From the NCBI GenBank assembly GCA_963996245.1, contig CAXEIY010000213.1, forward strand, positions 1,371-65,370: a stretch of DNA of 64,000 bases, written 5' to 3'. The stretch is from an uncultured Planctomycetia bacterium. Lineage in GTDB: Bacteria; Planctomycetota; Planctomycetia; CAXEIY01. Positions within the stretch are counted from its first letter, which is position 1, and each line of letters begins with the position of its first letter. The position numbers and the translations under genes were made by a program. The notes under the pieces were generated by a model. The model worked only from the letters and a program-made list of their open reading frames with translations, was not told the origin of the DNA and did not search any database. Below are positions 31,501 to 40,779 of the stretch, piece by piece.

Positions 31501-32250
31501 CGAATACGAAGAAGGGAACTGTTCCACTCGCAGAATTTCAGGAATCGTCTGGGAATTGACCATGTACCGAACCACTTCCACATCGAAAGGTAAATCGGCA
31601 TGTTCAATCCGTTGTGTATCAGACACGGAAGAAAATCCAAAAAACGATTTGATCTGACGCAGCCGATTTTCAGGAACAACAACAACGTCATCATCTTTAC
31701 CATCACGAGACCGTATTACGGCTAGTTCGGTCGTTCGGATGTCTTCTATATAGTTGGAACTTTCTCCTTCGACAATCGTCATATTGCCTTCAACGGCGCT
31801 CAATCCTGTTATAAGCTCGCCGAGTAACATTACGATTAAGCCACCGTGAATCAGCAAAACACCCGATCGCCTCCAATTGAGCTTGAATCGAATCGCATGG
31901 GCGGCCACCAAATTAATCAACATGGCGCTTCCTAGTAACCAGCCACCAAAAAACGGAAAGTGGTACGGCAGGTCATTCAGCCATGGAAACCAGCTTCCGA
32001 AACCGGGGATGTGATAAAAGATCCGAACGGGAAACCAGGCAAAAGTGAAATTCCTAAAATACTTGTGGACGACCGTCCAGATCCCCTCGTCCACCTGAAC
32101 CAGTGTTCCGCAGAATATAAGAATAACGGACAGAGCAACCAATATGACGGTTAGCTTCAGAGAGGCCAAAGGTGCAACCAGGTACCTTGCGATTTTCCAC
32201 AAGCTCGGCTGTTCAACCATGGCTTGATCAAAACGGGGCATTTCAGCCAT
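28555..32250 (-). CDS. ccsBA: Fused cytochrome c biogenesis protein CcsBA (ResB/Ccs1 N-terminal part + CcsA C-terminal part) with inserted periplasmic module
   Basis: The N-terminus '[23 protein letters not shown]' and the pre-TM block '[17 protein letters not shown]...[14 protein letters not shown]' match ResB/CcsB. The C-terminal half carries the CcsA WWD domain '[25 protein letters not shown]' and multiple TM helices with His residues. Confidence 0.8.
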   Translation of the reverse strand: [1231 protein letters not shown]

Positions 32251-32278
32251 TACATTCTCCTGGTTCGCCCTTGGACAT

Positions 32279-33388
32279 CTAAAAATGAACTGACTGTACC
32301 CACTCCTGAAAAGCAGTTTTATTTCTGCTCACAAGCTCCGACTCTCCTCGCATCTTGAAAAACCAGGTGCGATTATTGCGATTGTAAATCACTCCCAGTG
32401 TTCTCTCAGAGTTATTTTGCGATGCGGGTCCTGCAATTTCGACAAACGATGCTTGCTTTCCGTCAATTTCAAGTGTCTCAACCTCTGTCTGAATTTCCTG
32501 TTCTGTTGCTTTCTTAAGTCCCAATTCATCACGCCACCTGTTAACATTCGCAACCAGACCACCAGCCGCTCCTGACAATGGAATAGCCGTTACTTCCGCC
32601 TTCACTTCACCGTCACGTATGACAAAGGATGCAGCACGCATTCCACGGGGAGGCTGTGCAACCCAGCCCTCAGGCACTACGTGATACTGAAAATTGCCTT
32701 CTGTTGCTGTTTCACTACTGCTCTCGGGTACCGCCTGACTGCTGTTGAAAAATGGGGGCATCTGATTTCCACCCTCCACAGCTGTGCCTCTCATATCCAC
32801 AAGCGTTGCCGTCACCGCTTCGAGTTTCACCTCCTCAATCACCTGCGCGACCGATTGCTCATTGAAAGGAGGCAGGCCTATCTGACCCGCCCAGCGATTC
32901 ACATTTGCCAAAACTGAACCCGACTCCGATCCGAGCGCAGTAACGGTCACTATCAAAGGGTTATCCTCATGTTCTCCTAAATGAAATTCGGCAAAACGCA
33001 TCCCTGTCCCATCGTGTTGATGCCAGCTATCCGGTACATTCCAGTCGATGCGCTCACCGGTGTTCCCACCAAAACGAACAGACCTCACAAACCGGTCAAA
33101 GTCCTGATGGTGCATTCCGATCTGATCCAGTGGCCCCATAAGCTTAATGAACCATGTTCGATCCGGGTTGGGAATGATGGCACCCAGTAATCTTTGTTCC
33201 ACTGATTCAATTTCGGGTTTAACGGCTGATGATACCGCGTATCGCTCAATGCCAGGTTCCTCACAACCGATTAATCCAACGGCAGCCAGCCATAAGATCG
33301 ACGCCAAGAGAAATGGTGTATGGAAATGGGTGCAAAATCTCTGTAATACCAACATAATTAAACCGCACCGTGGAGATACTTTGACCAT
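32279..33388 (-). CDS. Lipoprotein paralogous to the periplasmic insert of CcsBA (internally duplicated, uncharacterised module)
   Basis: It has a lipobox 'AAVGLIGC'. Two internal repeats containing 'VANVNRW' are present. Blocks 'WFIKLMGP..FDRFVRSVRFGGN...WNVPDSWHQHDGTGMRFAEFHLGEHED' are nearly collinear with residues ~285-400 of the CcsBA protein. Confidence 0.6.
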   Translation of the reverse strand: MVKVSPRCGLIMLVLQRFCTHFHTPFLLASILWLAAVGLIGCEEPGIERYAVSSAVKPEIESVEQRLLGAIIPNPDRTWFIKLMGPLDQIGMHHQDFDRFVRSVRFGGNTGERIDWNVPDSWHQHDGTGMRFAEFHLGEHEDNPLIVTVTALGSESGSVLANVNRWAGQIGLPPFNEQSVAQVIEEVKLEAVTATLVDMRGTAVEGGNQMPPFFNSSQAVPESSSETATEGNFQYHVVPEGWVAQPPRGMRAASFVIRDGEVKAEVTAIPLSGAAGGLVANVNRWRDELGLKKATEQEIQTEVETLEIDGKQASFVEIAGPASQNNSERTLGVIYNRNNRTWFFKMRGESELVSRNKTAFQEWVQSVHF

Positions 33389-33796
33389 GGCTGTGAATCT
33401 GGTGACGTCTGGTATAACCGCAAAAGAAACGACCGGTCCGTGACGGAACTAATCTGGAACTCCGTTTCCCGATGTCAAAAATTACTGATTTACTTACGAA
33501 TTATAGCGCACGCGAGTTACAAAATACAGTAGAGATCCCCGGTGTCAGACGAGTAACAACTGGAATTACAGATCCACTGGATCCATATTCGGCCGACTTC
33601 TAGACAGACTTCTAAAATTCTTCTTCAACCAGAATGTGGAACAGCCCTAAAAACAAACGCTGATTCCACTGTCTGATGATGAGATTGAACTGGCAGTTCC
33701 ACTTCCAGAAGGTTAAAGGCTGTACCTAGCCCGCTATTTTGAAACGCTTGGATTTTTAAACTAACCGGTATCGGGAATCCTGCTTTTCAAATAGAA

Positions 33797-33832
33797 CAAA
33801 AAAACCCGGTTCTATGACGAGAACCGGGTTTA
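33797..33832 (-). terminator. Rho-independent terminator downstream of the ompA-like gene
   Basis: On the minus strand this reads AAACCCGGTTCT-cgtcat-AGAACCGGGTTT followed by TTTTTTGT, a GC-rich hairpin plus T-tract, 25 nt past the stop at 33857. Confidence 0.7.
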
Positions 33833-33856
33833 TCCATGCCTATGAGTCCAAAGGAC

Positions 33857-34681
33857 CTAACGATTGAGCCTGTCATCCATCGCTACGTTTGTATCGGGCA
33901 GTGGATTAGCTGCCTGAGCACGGTCCAGACTACGTCCTGCCACTGCAGCATCCGGAGCAAGGACGTAAATTTCCACACGGCGGTTCCTTTGGCGGCTACC
34001 GTTTGTGCTGTTCGCCTCGACAGGTTGGTGCTCACCATAGCCCGCTACCCCCATTCGGGAGGCACGCACTCCGGAATCCTGAAGAAAGTCCTGCACGGAA
34101 ATAGCACGATGGGCACTTAGATGCCAATTCGTAGGATGTTTTTCCCGTGTCGCAGTTCTCGCTATCGGACGGTCGTCGGTATGACCTACGATCATGATAT
34201 TGTAATCATATACCTCACGTTCATTAACAATATTGGCGAATTCGCCAAGTAGACTGCGTACTTCGGTGCGCAGTTCATCCTTACCGGTTGAAAAAAGAAT
34301 GTCGGAATTGAGCTTACTGATTCCAGTAGCGGGATCAAACTCAAAGCTTTCCGGATAGCGTCTAGCAAGATCTGCCAAACGATTACTTGTTTCAGAAGGC
34401 AGGGGATTGTTTGGATCCCACTGGTTGCGCAACCCGTTCAGCTGGTCTCGAAGACTCAGCAACTCATCTTCACTCATCCGGGTTTCTTCTGCCAATTCGC
34501 GGGCATGACGATCAAGATCATGCTTTTCGGCCATCGTGGAACGTAAACGTGCCGTTAGGCTTCGATTGACTTCCTGGCAGCGCGCCAGCTGATTTTGTGG
34601 AACCATCGCACAACCCGCAGACAACACGCCAGCGGTAAGTGCGATAACGGGAAAGAGCTGATTATACCCACTACGTATCAT
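33857..34681 (-). CDS. OmpA/MotB-domain lipoprotein
   Basis: The C-terminal OmpA-like peptidoglycan-binding domain 'IVGHTDDRP...NRRVEIYV' is present. The start was set at the internal Met (ATG at 34681) that gives lipoprotein signal 'VIALTAGVLSAGC'. Confidence 0.75.
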   Translation of the reverse strand: MIRSGYNQLFPVIALTAGVLSAGCAMVPQNQLARCQEVNRSLTARLRSTMAEKHDLDRHARELAEETRMSEDELLSLRDQLNGLRNQWDPNNPLPSETSNRLADLARRYPESFEFDPATGISKLNSDILFSTGKDELRTEVRSLLGEFANIVNEREVYDYNIMIVGHTDDRPIARTATREKHPTNWHLSAHRAISVQDFLQDSGVRASRMGVAGYGEHQPVEANSTNGSRQRNRRVEIYVLAPDAAVAGRSLDRAQAANPLPDTNVAMDDRLNR

Positions 34682-34905
34682 GTGATCCGACTCCTTTCGA
34701 ATCGACACGCAAATGCCAATTTCTTGCTTCGCGTTAACCTCGAACAAACTGGTTCTAATGGCATACCGAGCGACGGTCCTTCGTCGACGATTTACTTCTG
34801 CCACACAATCCTTTTCTACTTTTTCGCGTATAAGAAACCTGTACACACGCGTGCAACCCAGCTCTCCTACACATTCATACCCTTACTAAGATTTTCTGCT
34901 GCTTA

Positions 34906-35832
34906 TCAAAATAAGTTCGCAATCATATCAATTACGGGACTCGTCAGTTGATTTGGTTGATGAGGACTCCACAGAGTTCGAACCAACTCCAACATCAAAA
35001 CACTCGCAAAAGCCGTGACAACAGTAGTACAGGTTAAACCAACCAATACAATCGTGCTCCAACCGGTTTCCTGAGCTCGCATTGAAGGCACCTGGGCAGC
35101 GAAGTCACTTTCACTGTCTTCACTCAATCCAGCTGTCATCCCGACATCATCGCTTTCATCCAGCATCACTTCCGAATGGTCGGCAAGTGCGGTAGCTGCT
35201 GCGGGATCAACCGCTTCATCTTCATCGAGGGAAATCACTTGTGTTTCGTTATCCGCGGGAGCTTCATCGAGAGATTCAAGTTCAAAATCAGAATTAACAG
35301 CAAGGTCAACTTCCGTTGCATCTTCCAGCTCAAGTACCGGAACTTCGAAGTCTGTTTCCAGCAAATCGTCACTCATTTCCTCACCGGCAGCCGGTTGCTC
35401 AAGCGAAATACCGCTGTCAGCGGGTTGTTCAAGAGAGATACCACTGTCAGAAAGTGCGTCTCCACCGTCTTCGCCTTCATCGGTTACCAGCACCAGATCA
35501 CTGTCGAAGGGATTGTCATCGGCCCCTTCATCGCCACTGTCTACTAGCAGCACATCGCTGTCGCCACCTTCTGGCTCATCAAAGGTAATTTCCACATCAC
35601 TGTCAGCCGCAATATCATCCAATATCAGAACCTCTTCTTCATCCGAAGTTTTTGCCTCGGAATCACCCGTGCCCTGCTGCTCAGCCAACGAATGTACGTC
35701 TTGGGCACGAATTTTCGACATCCCCTGATCCATAAACGTTTTCAATGATCCGTCATCGATGAGCGTCTTAAGCGCATCATCAGAAATGCCCAGTTTGGAC
35801 GCAGCTTCTTCTAGGGTGTAATATTTCGCCAT
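34906..35832 (-). CDS. Excisionase/MerR-type HTH protein with long polyacidic linker and C-terminal TM anchor
   Basis: The N-terminus 'YYTLEEAASKLGISDDALKTLIDDGSLKTF...KIRAQDV' fits the excisionase-family HTH. About 200 aa of D/E-rich low complexity follow. The C-terminal helix 'IVLVGLTCTTVVTAFASVLMLELV' is hydrophobic. Confidence 0.55.
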   Translation of the reverse strand: MAKYYTLEEAASKLGISDDALKTLIDDGSLKTFMDQGMSKIRAQDVHSLAEQQGTGDSEAKTSDEEEVLILDDIAADSDVEITFDEPEGGDSDVLLVDSGDEGADDNPFDSDLVLVTDEGEDGGDALSDSGISLEQPADSGISLEQPAAGEEMSDDLLETDFEVPVLELEDATEVDLAVNSDFELESLDEAPADNETQVISLDEDEAVDPAAATALADHSEVMLDESDDVGMTAGLSEDSESDFAAQVPSMRAQETGWSTIVLVGLTCTTVVTAFASVLMLELVRTLWSPHQPNQLTSPVIDMIANLF

Positions 35833-35964
35833 CTAAAAGACCTCCTCAGTTCGGTGCGGTCTCAACATACTTCGGTACGTTGAGATTGACGAAATGCTAA
35901 AAAGGTATGACTCCATTATTCAACCGCCTTTCAACATGTTCGCTGCATCAAAACCTTTTGGTAT

Positions 35965-36303
35965 TCAGGGTCTCAGGATCCCCCGAACAGACCTTACTTC
36001 AGGTTTGTGGACACCTCCAAATTGTTTCAATTCCATATCCGGACGGAAGTCACGAGCCAATGTTAATGTCACATCCCCGTTTTCGGAGTTCAGTCTATAT
36101 AGACCAAACCATGAGCGTTGGCTGTCAACAATCAAAAGATGTTGCATACGCTCGTCAAACTGTACATGAACACTATTAGCTTGTCCTTCCTGCTGACTGA
36201 TGGAGCGAGGATTACCCTGAGGCGACGCCGCATTAACCATCGACCAACCAGCCAACCCCATTACAACGCCCAGCACGACTCCTGCTACTGCTTGGCGCAT
36301 CAT
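35965..36303 (-). CDS. Small hypothetical secreted protein
   Basis: An ORF with signal peptide 'MMRQAVAGVVLGVVMGLAGWSMVNA' starts at the ATG at 36303. No recognisable domain was found. Confidence 0.35.
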   Translation of the reverse strand: MMRQAVAGVVLGVVMGLAGWSMVNAASPQGNPRSISQQEGQANSVHVQFDERMQHLLIVDSQRSWFGLYRLNSENGDVTLTLARDFRPDMELKQFGGVHKPEVRSVRGILRP

Positions 36304-36703
36304 TGCCCTTCCTTGGGAAATTGGGAAACTTACATGTATTGTATAAGCTGTAAATCCCTTTTCAAGTAGCATCATGCCCATAAATGGGTTCACTTCTGCT
36401 ATCTGAGAGGTAAAATTCGCCTTGTCATGGGTTCATCGGGAGCTAGTGACACGGACACGATAATGCAAATTGTCCCGATTAGTTCTATTATTACAGTGTG
36501 CTTAATGTGGATGGGTCGAGGCGGGAGTGTAACAATCGAGACTAACGCGGGCAATACCAACCCACCAAAATACACTTGAAAATAAGAGGTTATTTTGAAA
36601 CGCTCCGGGTGATAGGAGCACCAACACAAAGTACAACCCTTCGAAAAAGCCTTGAGCTCCTTGCCACAAGGATCCAAAAGGCAATGATAAGGACTTCATT
36701 TCT

Positions 36704-37372
36704 TTGCGTATTCTCATCACAGCTGGGCCAACTCGCGAATATATCGATGACGTTCGTTACATTAGTAACGGATCGAGTGGAAAAATGGGTTATGCAGTGG
36801 CGGAGGCAGCTGTCAAACACAACCACAAGGTGGTTCTTGTCAGCGGACCGGTATCACTTCCTACTCCAAAATCCGTCCACCGTATCGACATAATAACCTC
36901 GAGTGATATGCTTCGAGAGTGCCTGCGTGTTTACCCCGAATGTGATGGGGTGATTGCCGTTGCGGCAGTGTGTGACTATCGACCTGAGAAAATAGCATCC
37001 GGGAAACTTAAGAAGGATGGCTCTACTCGAAACCTGCCTTTAACTGAAACCGAAGATATCCTGGCACATCTCGGGCAACGAAAGGGTCACCAGTGGATTC
37101 TTGGTTTTGCACTGGAAGCAGAAAATGCAGCCCAGGAAGCTATTCGGAAACGACACGCCAAAGGATGTGACGCCATTGTTCTAAATCATACCTCAGCAAT
37201 ATCGGCAGATGTAACTTCGATCCAGATCATCGATCACACAGATCGTGTGGTTCATACCTGCAAGGGACCAAAACCTGATGTCGCCGACAATCTGTTAACG
37301 TGGATTGAATCCGCTCTGGTCGTATCTTCAAAAACGCCTGCTGGAACCTCTGTCAGACAGCCTGACGAATAA
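36704..37372 (+). CDS. coaB: Phosphopantothenate-cysteine ligase (stand-alone CoaB domain)
   Basis: '[27 protein letters not shown]' is the CoaB (DFP) CTP-binding signature. At 222 aa there is no CoaC flavoprotein half. Confidence 0.8.
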   Translation: MRILITAGPTREYIDDVRYISNGSSGKMGYAVAEAAVKHNHKVVLVSGPVSLPTPKSVHRIDIITSSDMLRECLRVYPECDGVIAVAAVCDYRPEKIASGKLKKDGSTRNLPLTETEDILAHLGQRKGHQWILGFALEAENAAQEAIRKRHAKGCDAIVLNHTSAISADVTSIQIIDHTDRVVHTCKGPKPDVADNLLTWIESALVVSSKTPAGTSVRQPDE

Positions 37373-38555
37373 CGGAAGACAAAATGTTACAACCGTCCTC
37401 AACCTGTTCGGATGAAATGTTCATCGCGGGTAACAAACGAAGTACCGTTTGTTGAGTAGCATTCACCAGAAGACCTTGTTCCATGCATTTCTGAACTAAC
37501 GGAGCTGCTTCTATTTCAAGTTCAATTCCGATCATCATTCCCAGTACACGTACTTCACGAATGACATCCGTATCCGAAGCCAGTGATTCCAATCGTTCCC
37601 GGAACTGTTCGGCCATCAGACGCGTGTGTTCCAAAAGTCCTTCGGATTCAATCGTTTCAATTGTCGCAAGACCGGCTCGAGCGGCTATCGGATTCCCTCC
37701 GAAGGTACAGGCATGCATACCCGGACGCAAACTGGGGGCCACCGTTGTGTTTGTCATAATTCCGCCACAGGCCAGTCCACCTCCGAGGGCTTTAGCCAGC
37801 GACATGACATCTGGAACGGTCTCATGATGCTGATAACCGAACCATTGTCCGGTTCGTCCCATCCCGGTTTGCACCTCATCAAAAATTAAAAGTAACTCTT
37901 GTTCATCACACAAGGCACGCAGACCGGGCAGGAACGCCGCATCGGGTATATTAATACCACCTTCACCCTGGATTGGCTCCACCATGATCGCACAGGTCTC
38001 CTCGTCCACTAAAGAGCGAACGGTCTCCAGATCACCATAGGGAGCGTAAACAAAACCCGCCATTAATGGCCCGAGACCCTGGTGATAGGCAGGTTGGGCG
38101 GTTGCTGTCGTGGCAGCAATAGTCCTTCCATGGAAACCTTTTTCAAACGTGATGATTTTGTAGCGTTCTTCAGGTGTATGTAAACGAGCCAGCTTGATCG
38201 CAGATTCATTCGCCTCGGCACCACTGTTACAGAAAAAAGCCTGACCTCCAAAACTGATCCGACTGAGCGCTTCCGCCCAACGCCCCTGGGCTTCCATGTA
38301 CCAGGTATTAGGAACATGAATCAACTGCCGAACCTGTTCGCATACGGCCTCGACAACCTTCGGTGGACAATGTCCAAGCAAGTTACATCCCCACCCGGGA
38401 AACAGGTCCAGATAACGATTGCCTTCAGCATCCCAGACATAGGATCCTTCTCCCCGTTCCAGAGATACCGGAAATCGCACATAGTTAGGGACGACAAACT
38501 TCTGAAACATCTCGATCGTCTGTTGCGTGTTCATGTCCAATCCTGCGTTATTCAA
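37353..38555 (-). CDS. argD: Acetylornithine aminotransferase (class III PLP aminotransferase)
   Basis: Class-III aminotransferase motifs '[16 protein letters not shown]' and '[15 protein letters not shown]' are present, with '[13 protein letters not shown]' (PLP Lys). It lies adjacent to argB. Confidence 0.85.
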   Translation of the reverse strand: MNNAGLDMNTQQTIEMFQKFVVPNYVRFPVSLERGEGSYVWDAEGNRYLDLFPGWGCNLLGHCPPKVVEAVCEQVRQLIHVPNTWYMEAQGRWAEALSRISFGGQAFFCNSGAEANESAIKLARLHTPEERYKIITFEKGFHGRTIAATTATAQPAYHQGLGPLMAGFVYAPYGDLETVRSLVDEETCAIMVEPIQGEGGINIPDAAFLPGLRALCDEQELLLIFDEVQTGMGRTGQWFGYQHHETVPDVMSLAKALGGGLACGGIMTNTTVAPSLRPGMHACTFGGNPIAARAGLATIETIESEGLLEHTRLMAEQFRERLESLASDTDVIREVRVLGMMIGIELEIEAAPLVQKCMEQGLLVNATQQTVLRLLPAMNISSEQVEDGCNILSSVIRQAV

Positions 38556-38599
38556 ATAGTTACTTGTATCCTGAAAACCGTTCTTGATTTACACACGAA

Positions 38600-39544
38600 T
38601 CAAGGACTGGAAGGTAAAACAATTTCCGTTCCCACGCCCTGATTAGTAAAAATTTCCAACAAAAGAGAATGACTTAAACGCCCGTCAATGATATGTGTTT
38701 TTGATACACCCGCCTGGACACTTTCCAGACAGGCTTCAACCTTGGGAATCATACCTTCCGCAATCACTTCCTCTGCAATCAGCCTGCGACATTCGTCTGG
38801 ATCCAAACTCGGAATCAGTGATTCGGGATTCGTATGATCAGCGAGAATTCCTGGAACATCGCTGAGAAAGATCAGCTTTTCTGCTCCCATCTGCTGGGCA
38901 ACCGCTGCTGCTGCTGTATCGGCATTAATATTCAGTGTTCGCGATTTTTCATCGAGCCCCAAAGAAGGAATTACGGGGACGACCCCGGCCAGGCACAGAT
39001 TGTCCAGAAGCTGACAATCCACCTGATTGACACGACCCACCCAACCTAAATCAAAACATTCACCGGAACCATCCTCAATGAGCAGCTTTTCTGCGCTTAA
39101 TGCACATTTTGTATTTTGATGCAGACCTGCAGCACGACCACCCAGTTGTTCTATTTTCTGAACTAATTCATCATTAATTTCTTCTATCAACACTTGGCTG
39201 ACAATTTCAATCACCGCTTCGTCAGTAAAACGTCGCCCTCGAATAAACTTCGATTCCAGACCAGCCGCAGCCATAGCTCTGCTGATTGCAGCACCACCAC
39301 CGTGTACCACAACCGGACGTACTCCTACTGTTTCCATGAAAACAACATCTTGCAAGATGGCCCGCATTACCGATGTATCGTCCATCACACTTCCACCCAG
39401 TTTTATGATCACAAGGTGGTCGCGAAAAGTACGAATATAGGCGAGTGCTTCAATCAACACTTCGGCTTTTCCAATTGCTTCCTTCAAAGCACTGAACCTC
39501 CTAGGAAAAAGATGCGAGCAAACTGCAGAATTTAACTGTCCCAT
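38600..39544 (-). CDS. argB: Acetylglutamate kinase
   Basis: 'LVIIKLGGSVM', 'PVVVHGGG' and 'NINADTAAA' amino-acid-kinase motifs are characteristic of ArgB. Confidence 0.85.
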   Translation of the reverse strand: MGQLNSAVCSHLFPRRFSALKEAIGKAEVLIEALAYIRTFRDHLVIIKLGGSVMDDTSVMRAILQDVVFMETVGVRPVVVHGGGAAISRAMAAAGLESKFIRGRRFTDEAVIEIVSQVLIEEINDELVQKIEQLGGRAAGLHQNTKCALSAEKLLIEDGSGECFDLGWVGRVNQVDCQLLDNLCLAGVVPVIPSLGLDEKSRTLNINADTAAAAVAQQMGAEKLIFLSDVPGILADHTNPESLIPSLDPDECRRLIAEEVIAEGMIPKVEACLESVQAGVSKTHIIDGRLSHSLLLEIFTNQGVGTEIVLPSSP

Positions 39545-39825
39545 TTATCGCTCACACAACCCTGAGAACGCTTCTGCTCAACTCTACTGGGATACCCGTT
39601 AGGACCGAGTTTTCGAAAGTTGTCTGAAGAAACCCCGGTGCATCATAACAAAGGCACCCGGATTCGCCAGATCGGGAAATCGTGGATACACCGCTGCCCT
39701 TCCGGTCATCGCGATATGAGCGGTCCCTCGTAAGACTCAAATGGCTAAACATACCGGAAACACGACGACTAATATGGATTGCGATAGGCCACTGGCAGGA
39801 AGATCACCTCGGCGTTGACGGAAAC

Positions 39826-40779
39826 TCATTCTCCAGATTCACTTAATGGTTGAGCACCTCTCATATCGCCATATCCTCCCCCTTTGGACCCTGACGGGTT
39901 CCTGCCAAAGTATCGTTTGTCTTCCGTCGTCTCCTTCGCAGGCTGGTAACGTACATCACAAGACAATCGGGTTCTCCCAACGGTGGATTGATTATCCAGT
40001 GAGCCATGCAACAGCAACATGCTGAAAAAAAGAAGATCGCCGGCTCGAAAATCAGTTGTAAGAATTCTTACCTGCCTTCGTCTGGCCAAATCGACTGGAT
40101 GTTCATCTGCAGCACCGGAGTAGGCAGCGTGCTGGACCATTTCATTCGCTCGACTTTTATCGTAATCATGACCCAGAAGAGGGTTAATCATATCGAGAAA
40201 TTGATTTGACTTCTCAATCAGCGCAATGGGGCCATCTGACATCGGGATGTCACCCAGTGGAACCCAGGCGGTGTAAATGGGCTGTGCATATCCCGCAAAA
40301 AAGGCATGATCATAGTGCAGCTGGGTACTCTTACCTCTCACAAGCGGCCGAAGATATAATAAATCGTGGGCACGAGCTGGTTCATTTAGAAGTAAACTGG
40401 CCCACTGGTGCAGTTCATCTCCATGCGTAACGTCGCGCAGGTGCGGTCCCTCGCTTACCTCTTTCCAGAACTCGCCGAGCTTATTACCTGACAACTCTCT
40501 ACGCCGACTTGTTCCTGTTGCAATACCATCCAGAACCGGGTCTGTTATTTCTCCCATTCTTTTCAGTTGTCCGAATACCTCAGTTCTCGCCCGCATCACC
40601 TGATCTCGACTGAGCGCATTGCGAATGAATACGTAGCCCTGATTTTCCATTTGGGATCTTAATTGTGAACCTTCTGCATCCACCGCTTCGGCTTCCGTAA
40701 ACATACCCAGCAACGAACCAGGAATCGCTACCTTCTGAATGGAACAGGATTTCATTTCATTCATCTCATGAAAATGCAA
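39826..40779 (-). CDS. Phytanoyl-CoA dioxygenase (PhyH) family Fe(II)/2-oxoglutarate oxygenase
   Basis: A PhyH-like double-stranded beta-helix with an H.D...H metal triad is present ('QLHYDHAF', 'LHGSLDN'). Confidence 0.65.
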   Translation of the reverse strand: MHFHEMNEMKSCSIQKVAIPGSLLGMFTEAEAVDAEGSQLRSQMENQGYVFIRNALSRDQVMRARTEVFGQLKRMGEITDPVLDGIATGTSRRRELSGNKLGEFWKEVSEGPHLRDVTHGDELHQWASLLLNEPARAHDLLYLRPLVRGKSTQLHYDHAFFAGYAQPIYTAWVPLGDIPMSDGPIALIEKSNQFLDMINPLLGHDYDKSRANEMVQHAAYSGAADEHPVDLARRRQVRILTTDFRAGDLLFFSMLLLHGSLDNQSTVGRTRLSCDVRYQPAKETTEDKRYFGRNPSGSKGGGYGDMRGAQPLSESGE

